Shown here piece by piece: positions 23,015-35,000 of a stretch of 64,000 nucleotides of DNA. Within the stretch, counting starts at the first letter, position 1. Each line of letters begins with the position of its first letter. Made by a program: the position numbers and the translations under genes. The notes under the pieces were generated by a model. It searched no databases. It was given only the letters and a program-made list of their open reading frames with translations, and was not told the DNA's origin. The DNA is from Squalus acanthias (Eukaryota): positions 7,750,001 to 7,814,000 of the forward strand of contig CM059453.1 of the NCBI GenBank assembly GCA_030390025.1, in the 5' to 3' direction.

Positions 23015-26000
23015 GTAAAATATTCATTTTAATAATTAATGTCAGAAGCGAAATCCGTTGTGTGGGAAATTAACACGTTCATTGTTTGTGGAGATAGTAC
23101 ATGTTTAGTTGGTAATTTACAAATTCTCGATTTGCCCATTTAATGTATATTTCATTGGAAACTTTATCTTGTATTTTATAAGATTGATTTAATATTTACT
23201 CTATGATTTATCGACTTTCAATTGAATAACTAATGGAATCTGAATAGTTTTAATGAAACTTTCTCGAGTTTTAATGGATGTAATAATGAATATGTTAGTG
23301 GATGTTTAAAGGTTAAATGAATAGTATTTAACTTGTCGGTCAGGGTATGTTTTAATTTCCATGTTATTGCGGATTTCAGTGGGTGTTTAATTTCTATTTT
23401 TTCACCAGTTGTCCATAGTTCACGATGGTCTGTGAAGGTGCCGTGGAATTTATCGCCGGTGAGCTGGTCATGTGCTGAGATCCCGTGTACATTTGATTAT
23501 CCCGCCTATGGCCGCTGTCCACAGGGTATGTGGTTAAAGTGGGTTCCTAAACCTGGTACCTCAGGGTTGTTGATTATCTGTGATTCCCGGGATTCAGAAA
23601 ATTTGGCCTTGAAATATAGAGGGCGAGCTCAGTTCCCCGGCGACTTTGAAAAGAAACAATGTTCCTTACGGTTAAAGGAGATCAGGAAGATCGATGAAGA
23701 TGATTATTATTTCAAATTGAAGATCATCAATGCCAAGAATAAGAAAGAAGGATATTCTACCGAATCTAAGGTCACTCTTTCTATTTTAGGTAATTTTTTT
23801 TATTTGTTCCTTATGTAGTTTATATTCCATCTCGCCTTGCCATTTAATTTTAGCCTAAAATGGATAGTTATCGTGTTACTCTTGGCCCATGTCACAGGCT
23901 ACAGCGGCAGGACTGCTACATTGAATAATACACAGGTGTGTGTTATGTTTTGACTTGAACTGAAATGGGGCGCTGGCCTTCATAGTAACTTGCAGAATCT
24001 CCTTCTGTTGTTCAGTCAGTAAGTGCAATGCTAGATGGCATTGCCATCGCCGAATCCCCCACCATCAACATCCTGGGGGTCACCATTGACCAGAAACATA
24101 ACTGGGCCAGCCATATAAATACTGTGGCGACAAGAGCAGGTCAGAGGCTAGGTATTCTACGGCGAGTGTCTCAACTCCAGACTCCCCAAATCCTTTCCAC
24201 CATCTACAAGGCACAAGTCAAGAGTGTGATGGAATACTCTCCACTTGCCTGGATGAGTTGCAGCTCCAACAACACTCAAGAAGCTCGACACCATCCAGGA
24301 CAAAGCAGCCGGGTTGATTGGCAGCCCATCCACCACCTTAAACATTCACTCCCTCCACCACTGGCTCACCGTGGCTGCAGTGTGTACCATCTACAAGATG
24401 CACTGCAGCAACTCACGAAGGCTCCTTCGGCAGCTCCTCCCAAACCCGCGACATCTTCCACCTCGAAGGACAAGGGCAGCAGGCGCATGGGAAACACCAC
24501 CACCTCCAAGTTCCCCTCCAAGTCACACACCATCCTGACTTGGAAATATATCGGCCGATCCTTCATCGTCGCTGGGTCAAAATCGTAAAACTCCCTCCCG
24601 AACAGCACTGTGGGAGTACCTTCACCAGATGGACTGCAACGGTTCAAGAAGGTGGCTCTCCACCACCTTCTCAAGGACAATTAGGGAGGGCAATAAATGC
24701 TGGCATTGTCAGCGACGCTCACATTCCATGAATCAATAAAAGTAAAGAACGGTTTGTCAAAATCCATTCCCTGAAGGGTGTGGAAATATAAATCAAGATT
24801 TGTACTTCTAATGGACAGGTCAGAGGACATGGTCAATATTAGGAGGGATTTCTTCAATCTAATCATTTACAGGTCCCCATCTCTTAGGGTCATGTTTCAA
24901 AGACTTTGGGCTAAATCAACTTGCACACCATTGGCCATTTTTTAAATTAAAATCTACGGTCCAGGAGCCAGTGGTGAGTGTAGGGAGGTACTGAGGAGGG
25001 TATCAAGGTCGCAGGAATGTACCGGCAGGCAGGAAGATGGCTTGAAGTGTGTCTACTTCAATGCAAGGAGCAACCGGAATAAGGTAGGAGAACTTGGAGT
25101 GTGGATTAGTACTTGGGACTACGATGTGGTGGCCATTACGGAGACATGGTTAGAACAGGGACAGGAATGGTTGTTGGAAGTTCCGGGGTATAGATGTTTC
25201 AGTAAGAGTAGGGAAGGTGGTAAGAAAGGTGGAGGAGTAGCATTGTTAATCAAGGATAGATTAACAGCGGCAGCAAGGCAGTTCGAGGGGGATCTGCCGT
25301 CTGAGGTAATATGGGCTGAAGTTAGAAATAGGAAAGGAGCGGTCACGTTGTTAGGAGTTTTCTACAGGCTCCCAAATAGTAATAGAGATGTGGAGGAAGA
25401 AATTGCAAAGCAGATTATGAATAGGTGTGGAGGTCACAGAGTAGTTGTCATGGGTGACTTCAACTTTCCAAATATTGATTGGAACCTTTATAGGTCAAAC
25501 AGTTCGGATGGGATAGTTTTTGCACAGTGTGTGCAGGAGGGTTTCCTGACACAATATGTGGATAGGCCGACAAGAGGTGGGGCCACATTGGATTTGGTAC
25601 TGGGTAATGAACCGGGTCAAGTGTTTGATTTGTATGTGGGAGAGCACTTTGGAGATAGCGACCACAATTCGGTGACTTTCACTATTGCAATGGAGAGGGA
25701 TAGGGCCATACGGCAGGGCAGGGTTTATAATTGGGGGAGGGGTAATTATGATGCGATTAGGCAAGAATTAGGGAGCATAAGATGGGAACAGAAACTATCG
25801 GGAAATGCACAAACGAAAAGTGGAGCTTTTTCATGGAGCAATTACTGCGTGTCCTTGATAGGTATGTCCCTGTCAGGCAGGGAGGAAATGGCCGAGTGAG
25901 AGAACCATGGTTCACAAAAGAGGTTGAATGTCTAGTCAAGAGGAAAAAGGAAGCGTATGTAAGGATGAGAAAACAAGGTTCAGTTGGGTCGATTGAGGGT

Positions 26001-29000
26001 TACAAGGTAGCAAGGAATGAGCTAAAAAAAGAGCTTAGGAGAGCTAGGAGGGGGCATGAGAAGTCCTTGGCGGGTCGGATCAAGAAAAAGCCCAAGGCTT
26101 TTTACTCTTATGTGAGAAATAAAAGAATGACCAGGGTGAGGGTAGGGCCCGTCAAGGACAGTAGTGGGAACTTGTGCATGGAGTCAGAAGAGATAGGAGA
26201 GGTGATGAATGAATACCTTTCATCAGTGTTCACCGAGGAGAGGGGCCATGTTTTTGAGGATGAGTGTGTGATAAAGGTGGATAGGCTGGGGGAGGTAGAT
26301 GTTCTGAGGGAAGATGTTTTAGCAATTTTGAAGAACCTGAGGGTCGATAAGTCCCCTGGGCCAGATGGGATATATCCTAGGATTCTTTGGGAGGCAAGGG
26401 AGGAGATTGCAGAGCCTTTGGCTTTGATCTTTGGGTCCTCACTGTCCACGGGGATGGTGCCAGAGGACTGGAGAGTGGCGAATGTTGTTCCTCTCTTCAA
26501 GAAAGGAAATAGGAATGACCCTGGTAATTAAAGGCCGGTTAGTCTTACTTCGGTGGATGGTAAGATAATGGAAAAGGTCCTGAGGGATAGGATTTATGAC
26601 CATTTGGAAAGAGGCAACTTAATCAGGGATAGTCAACACGGATTCGTGAAGGGTAAGTCTTGCCTAACAAATTTGATTGAATTCTTTGAGGAGGTAACTA
26701 AGTGTGTAGATGAAGGTAGAGCAGTTGATGTCGTATACATGGATTTTAGTAAGGCGTTTGATAAGGTTCCCCATGGTCGGCTCATGAAGAAAGTAAGGAG
26801 TTGTGGGATAGAGGGAAGTTTGGCCGATTGGATAAGTAACTGGCTATCGACTCATCGATCGACAGTTCCGACGGGCCACAGCGAAAAATCGCATAGACCT
26901 CCTCAGAAGGCAAACACGGGACACAACCAACAGGGTACCCTACGTCGTCCAGTACTTCCCCGGAGCGGAGAAACTACGACATGTTCTTCGCAGCCTTCAA
27001 CATGTCATCGATGACGACAAACACCTCGCTAAGGCCATCCCCACGCCTCCACTACTTGCCTTCAAACAGCCGCCTAACCTCAGAAGTACCATCGTTCGCA
27101 GCAAATTACCCAGCTTTCAGGATAACAGCGACCACGACACCACACAACCCTGCCATGGCAAACTCTGCAAGACATGCCAGATCATCAACACAGATACCAC
27201 CATCACACGTGAGGACACTACCCACCAGGTACATGGTACATACTCATGTGACTCGGCCAACGTTGTCTACCTCATACGTTGCAGGAAAGAATGCACCGCG
27301 GCATGGTACATCGGCGAGACCATGCAGACACTGAGACAACGTATGAACGAGCACCGCGCAACAATCGCCAGGCAGGATTGTTCCCTCCCAGTCGGGGAAC
27401 ACTTCAGCAGTCAAGGACATTCAGCCTCGGATCTGCGGGTAAGCGTTCTCCAAGGCAACCTTAGAAACACACGACAACGCAAAATCATCGAGCAGAAACT
27501 GATAGCCAAGTTCTGCACTCATGAAGACGGTCTCAATCGGGATCTTGGGTTTATGTCACGATACATGACGTGATCCGGACTCGAGTCGTCGTTAGCTTGT
27601 TCACAGATGTGATTCCCAGTAAAAAAGTAAAAATTTTCCCAGTAAAAAAGTAAATTTTTTTTTAAAGCTTTTCGTTTTACATACATACGGCAGCTTTTGA
27701 CACGTTAGAACCCCTGCGACTTCACCTCATTGTCTCAGTTGTATCTTGCTATGTCTTTTGATGTGGTACCTTCCTGGCTGACTTAATTAACTTTATCACA
27801 CCTCGGCAGATAGTCAGGATGATTTAATTTATTGGTCTGCAATTGTAAAGTACACATGCTTTTTTTTCCATCTATATATGCTCTGACGATTCTGTATCCA
27901 ATTTACTTCACCTGAGGAAGGAGCGATAGTTCCGAAAGCTTGTGATTTCAAATAAAACTGTTGGACTATAACCTGGTGTTGTGCGACCTCTCAATTTTAT
28001 CTCATAGAAGGCAGAGGGTGGTGGTGGATGGAAAATTTTCGGACTGGAGACCAGTTACCAACGGTGTGCCACAGGGGTCGATGCTGGGTCCTCTGCTGTT
28101 TGTGATTTTTATCAATGACTTGGAGGAGGGGACTGAAGGGTGGATCAGTAAATTTGCTGATGACACCAAGATTGGTGGAGTAGTGGATGAGGTGGAGGGC
28201 TGTTGTAGGCTGCAAAGAGACATTGATAGGATGCAGAGCTGGGCCGAAAAATGGCAGATGGAATTTAACCCTGATAAGTGCGAGGTGATTCATTTTTGGT
28301 AGGGCAAATTTGAATAAGGATTACAGGGTCAACGGCAGGGTTCTGAGGAACGTGGAGGAACAGAGGGATCTGGGGGTTCATATCCACAGATCTCTGAAGG
28401 TTGCCACTCAAGTGGATAGAGCAGTAAAGAAGGCCTATAGTGTGTTAGTGTTTATTAACAAGGGGTTTGAGTTTAAGAACCGTGAAGTTATACTACAACT
28501 GTACAGGACCTTGGTGAGACCACATTTGGAATATTGTGTGCAGTTCTGGTCACCTCACTTTCGGAAGGACGTGGAAGCATTGGAAAGAGTGCAAAGGAGA
28601 TTTACCAGGATGCTGCCTGGTTTGGGGAGGAGGTCTTATGAGGAAAGATTGAGGGAGTTAGGGCTTTTCTCTTTAGAGCGGAGGAGGATGAGAGGCGACT
28701 TAATAGAGGTTTATAAGATGATGAGGGGGATAGAGAGAGTGGATGTTCAAAGACTATTTCCTCGGTTGGAGGTAGCTGTTACAAGGGGGCAAAACTATAA
28801 GGTGCATGGGGGGAGATATAGAAGGGATGTCCGAGGTAGATTCTTTACTCAGAGAGTGGTTGGGGTGTGGAATGGACTGCCTGCTGTGATAGTGGAGTCG
28901 GACACTTTAGGAACTTTCAAGCAGTTATTGGAAAAGCACATGGAGCACACCAGAATGATAGGGAGTGGGATAGCTTGATCTTGATTTTGGACAATGCTCG

Positions 29001-32000
29001 GCACAACATCGAGGGCCGAAGAGCCTGTACTGTGCTGTACTGTTCTATGTTTATATGTTTTCTATGAATGTCCTTCTCTCCTTACAGATAAACCACGGTT
29101 ATCAGTCTCTGGGGAATTGAATGCAGGAAAGCCAGCACACCTGATCTGTTCATTTACCCACAGTTGCCCATCCGCCAACCTTGAATTGATGTGGACCCAT
29201 GACAATGTTGTACCTCCATTTCTGCCAGAGAATAAAACTTCAAAAGAACATGATAACGCTTTCGAGGGTTTCCAGAAGGTTTCATCCACTTTCAACTTCA
29301 ACCCATCACTGGACGATCATGGGAAGATGTTGGGATGTAAACTTATAGTCGACGGTGTCACAGCTACTGATGAAGAAACTCTTACACTGGATGTTAAATG
29401 TAAGTGCCTGCTCTAAGCTACAGTCAACCAACTTGTTGATGAACCGGTTCAATAGATGTCTGTAAGCTAAATATAGTGATAGCTCGCCTGGATAATTGAA
29501 GTTTCTTGTAAGTCACATTATTTGACATTTGCCCCAGACCCATGGAGTAATATTGGTCACTCCAGTGGTGTGGTTTATATGAAATATAATTGCAAAGGAT
29601 TTCAAGGCCTGATTTTTTTTTCAGCCACAGAGTAACTGAAACATACAGGCCAAGGAGAGTCCATTCATGGTCTGAGCTAACTCAGATACATACATAGGAT
29701 ATACGGCACAGAAACAGGTCATTGGGCCCAACGAGTCCATGCCGGCTTTAATGCTCCACTCGAGCCTCCTCCCTTCTTTCCCCATCTAAATCTATCAGCC
29801 TAACCCACTATTCCCTTCTCCCACATATGCGTGTCCACCCTCCCCTTAACTGCATCTCTACTATTCGCCTCAACGACTCCCTGTGGTAGCGAGTTCCACA
29901 TTCTCACCACTCTCTGGGTAAAGAAGTTTCTTCTGAATTCCCTATTGGATTTCTTGCTGACTATCTTATCTTGATGGCTTGTAGTTATGCTCTTCCCCAC
30001 AAGTGGAAACATTCTCTCTGTATCCGCTCTATGAAAGCCTTTCATAATTTTAAAGACCTCTATTAGGTCACCCCTCAGCCGTCTTTTTTCAAGACAAATG
30101 AGACTCAGCCTGTTCACCCTTTCCTTATATATATACCCCCGCATTTCTGTTATCATCCTTGTAAATCTTCTCTGCCCCCTCTGCAGTGCCTCTACATCTT
30201 TTTTTATAATATGGCGGCCAGTTCTCTAAGTGTGGTCTAACCCAGGTTCGATACAGATTTAGCATAACTTCCATACTTTTCAATTCCATCCTCTCGGAAT
30301 AAACCTTAGTGCTTGGTTTGCTTTAGTTATGGTCTTGCTAACCTGTGGCGCAATTTAGCTGGGGCGTTGGTCAGGATTCTACAATTTACCTCAGCAACCA
30401 TGTATAAGAGATGGGAAAGTCCACCCTACTTATTCTGGGAGGAATGGCCACTTGGTTGATGTACCGGAGGAATAGAACCTTACGCAGGAAAACATACAAC
30501 TCTTCAAATCTTTGAAGATAAGAGGGGAAAGAAGGCTTATTTTTGAAATAAGCTTAAGATCTAGTGCCTAAAAGTCTGGAACTGCATTTTGAATTTATAG
30601 TTTGCAAAATAACCACCATATCTTACTTTAATATTCTTCTTTAGTGATCACATATATTGTTTTATTTTCCGCATCCGCACTGATAACCGCATTTAGATCC
30701 AATGGCCTCATCTCTTCCAGATGGCCCACAAAAACCAGCCATCAATTCCTCTATAGCGGCAGTGGAAGGGAGCTCTTTATTATTATACTGCACGGCCCGG
30801 GGGACCATACCAGGCAAGTTAACTTTGGTCCGAAATGGTGAAGAGATCAGCACGTCTTCCACTGGGGAACTGAAGCAGATATTCCACAACATTAGTTCTG
30901 AAGATAAAGGAGAATATTGGTGCGTGGCTGAAAATAACTTGGGCAAAGCGAACAGCTCCACACTCATTTCTGTACAATGTAAGTGGTGTGTCAACCTATC
31001 AAATGTATATTGGGACATCAATCCGTTTTACAGTGATTAGGCATCGGTGTTTCTCCCCCAGTGTTCATACAACTGTCTTAAAACCCGTCAGTAATATTGC
31101 CTGAAATGTCAGGAAAAGAAGGGTTCTTGAACCAAATTCATTGAGTAAATGACACTTTTAAAAACAAACTGGAGACCCCAAGACACAACTCCAGGTAGAA
31201 TGCATCTCTGATTGGCTAAAACCAACTGAATGAATATGTGAGATGTGCAACTACACATTTTCTGTACGGCGGACTGAACCCAGCGGCCCGGATTCATAGA
31301 ATGATAGAAATTTACAGCACAGAAGGAGGCCATTCGGCCAATCGTGTCCGTGCCGCCGACAAAGAGCTATCCAGCCTAATCCCACTTTCCAGCTCTTGGT
31401 CCGTAGCCTTGTAGGTTTCGGCTTCCAATTGGATATCCAGGTACTTTTTAAATGTGATGAGTGTCTCTGCCTCGAACATCCTTTCAGGCAGTGAGCTCTA
31501 GAACCCCACCACCCTCTAAGTGAAAAAATCTCCTCAAATCCCCTCTCAACCTCCGACCAATTACTTTAAATCTATGCCCTTGGTTATTGACCCTTCTGCT
31601 AAGGGAATTAGATCCTTGCTATCCACTTTATTTAGAGCGCTCATAAGTTTATACACCTCAATCATGTCACCACTCAGCCTCCTCTGTTCCAAAGAATACA
31701 ACCCCAGCCTATCCAATCTTTTCTCATATCTAAAATTCCACAGCCTAGGTAAAATTCTCGTAAATGTCCTCTGCACCCCCTCAAGTGCAATCAGATCCTT
31801 CCTGTAGTGTGGTAACCAGAACTGCATGCAGTATTCTAGCTGCGGCCGAACTAGTGTTTTATACAGTTCAAGCACAACCTCGCTGCTTTTATATTCTATG
31901 CCTCGGCTAATAAAGGCAAGGAACCCGTATGCCTTCTTAACCACCTAATCTACCTGTCCTGCTACCTTCAGGGATCTGTGGACATGCACTCCAAGGTCCG

Positions 32001-35000
32001 TCTGATCCTCTGCACTTCTCAGTGTCCTACCATTTATAGTGTATTCCTTTGCCTGTTAGCCCTCCATAAATGCATTACCTCACACTTCTCCAGAATGAAT
32101 TCCATTTGCTACTGTTCTGCCCACCTGGCCAGTCCATTGATATCTTCGTGCAGTCCACCGCTTTCTTCTGCATTCTCAACCACACGGCCAATTTGTGTAT
32201 CATCTGCAAACTTCTTAGTCATACTTCCTACATACAAGTCCAAATCATGGATATATACCACAAAAAGCAAAGGACCCAGTACTGAGCCTTGCGGAATCCC
32301 ACTGGAAACAGCCTTCCAGCCACAAAAACACTGAAGTGCAGGAACATTTTAGTCCAGCACAAAGGTAGATAAAGAGAGAAACTGATCAGAAGTTATTGAA
32401 ATGTTTAGCAGAAATTACATGTTGGAGTATTTAGCCAGGATTGTTTACAAGGTTGTAACTCGGAAATCCTAACAACATAACAGCATTAGAACATAAGAAT
32501 TAGGAGCAGGAGTAGGCCATTCCGCTCCTCGAGCCTGCTCCGCCATTCATTCAGGTCATGGTTCACCTTTGACATCAACTCCACTTCCCGCCGGATCCCC
32601 ATATCCTTTTCTCTCCCTAGAACCCAAAAATCTATCTATCTCAACCTTGAATATACTCAACGACTCAGCATCCACAGCGCCATGGGGAGGAAAATTCCAT
32701 ATATTCACAAACCTCTGAGTGAAGAGATTCTTCCTCATCTCAGTCAGAAGAAGATAAGAACATAAGAAATAGGAGCAGGAGTAGGCTATACAGCCCCTCG
32801 AGCCTGCTCCACCATTCAATAAAACATGGCTGATCATCGACCTCAACTCCACTTTTCCGCCCGATCTCCATATCCCATTGATTCCATATGAGTCCAAAAA
32901 TCTACCTGTCTCTGCCTTTTATACATACTCAAGACACAGCATTCACAGCCCTCTAGGACAGGGAATTCCAAAGATTCACAACCCTCTGAGTGAAGAAATG
33001 TCTCCTCATCTCAGTCGTAAATCGCCCACCCCTTAACCTGAGACTGTGACCCCCGTTTCTAGACACACCAGACTGGGCGAAACATCCTGTCAGCATCAGC
33101 CCTATCTTTCCTCTTCAGAATCTTCTATACTTCAATGAGATCACCTGTCATTTTTCTAAACTCCTTTCTCCACCCATACTGATTATATTTCCAGATCTTC
33201 CGAGCCGAGATCATTTTTCTCTACTGTCCATATGTTATCCTTTATAATCAGGGCTATTCACCCTCCTTTTCCATTCCGTCGGTCTTTTTGAAACGTCAAG
33301 TACCCTGGAATATTTAGTTCCCAACATTGGTCACCATGCAACCACGTTTTTGTAATGGCTATTAGATCAAACCTATTTTATTCTATTTGTGTCACTACTT
33401 CGTCTATCTTCTTACGAATGCTTCGTGCTTTCAGATAAAGAGCCTTTAATTTAATTTGTTACCATTATTCCCTGCTTTGACCTGATTCTCCGCTGCACTG
33501 CTCCCGTTCAACTCTCTGTCACTTCCTGTCACACTCTGCATATATTTACCCAAATCACTACACTGCTCTATTGCCTTGAGCTTTCTTTTTAGATTTCTAA
33601 ATTTCCCCTCACCTGACCCACTCCCCCTTTTTTAGTTTAAAGCCCTATCCACAGCCCTAGTCAAGACGCTTGTCCCAGCCCGGTTTAGGTGGAGCCCTTA
33701 CTGATGTAACAGCTCCCTCTTTCACCAGTACTGATGCCAGTGACCCATGAATTGAAACCCCTTCTTCCCACATCACATTCTGAGCCAAGCATTTATGTTT
33801 CCGATCTGTTTGACCCTATGCCAATGTGAACGTGGCTCAGGTAGTAAACCAGAGATTATTACCCTTGAAGTTGCGCTTAATAACTTAGACCCAAGCACCT
33901 CGAACTCCCTCAGCAGAAACTAATTCTTTGTTCTACCTATGTCGCTGGTTCCTACATGAACCACGACAACTGGATCCTCCCCCTCCCACTCCAAATTCTT
34001 CTCCAGCCGCGTGGAGATATCCTTAACCCTGGTGTCGTGCAGGCAACACAGCCTTCGGGACTCTCTTTCACAGCTGCAGAGAACAGTATCTATCCCCCTG
34101 ATTATACTGTCCCCTACCACTTCCACATTCTTCCTTCTCCCACCACTTGGATGGCCCCCTGTACCACAGTGCCGTGGTCAGTTTTCCCATCCTTCCTGCA
34201 GTCCTTTTCCTCATCCATACAGGTAGCAAGTACCTCGTACCTATTGGACAAGATCCTGGGCTGAAGCTCATCCAACACTACATGCTGGGTCCCCATAACT
34301 TCCTGACTCGCAGTCATACCTTCCTTACCCTGACCACTGACGAAATCTAAAGTAGTACTGAACCGAAAGGGTGTTACTGCCATCTGGAACAAAGTGTCAA
34401 GTTAACTCTCCCCATCCCTGATGCATCGCAATGTCTGCAGCTCGTACTCCAGCTCAACAATTCTGAGCCGAAGTTCCTTGAGTTGCAAACACTTACTGCA
34501 GATGTGGTTGCTCAGAATCGCGAAGTACTCCACAGACTCCCACATGCTGCAGTTGCGACACACCTGCTGCCCCGCCATCTCTAACCTTGTTTTATTTATT
34601 AATTCATTAGTGAAAGCTTTTATTCAATCGATATTTCAGTTTTATTGTTTGATTATTTTATCTAGTCTAAGTTATCAATTTATAAAGTATTGGAAGTTAG
34701 AGTTTCTCAGCTCTTAATTTAATGCCTTCCCTAACTTAGAGAGCAAAAAAGAGCTGATATATTCACCAACCAATCGCCTACCTGCTCTCCTGTGAAGTCA
34801 CTATGGTTTTATTGTTGTTTTGGAATCGGAGGCTCGCCGCCGCCGCTGTTCTAAATGGACGATCCCTCATCCTGAGACTATGCCCCCTATTTCTATATTC
34901 CCCCACGAGGGAAAACAGCCTCTCAGCATCTACCCTGTCAATTCCACTCAGAATTTTATATGTTTCAATGAAATCACCTCTCATTCTTCTAAACTCCAGG

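Larger units (their letters stand above)
24961..29065 (+). mobile_element. CR1 LINE with near-complete ORF2, interrupted by a Penelope element
   Basis: APE (FNARS, GDFN, SDHN) and RT (FADD) segments; absent at the equivalent site of gene C (~48983-48989). Confidence 0.95.
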
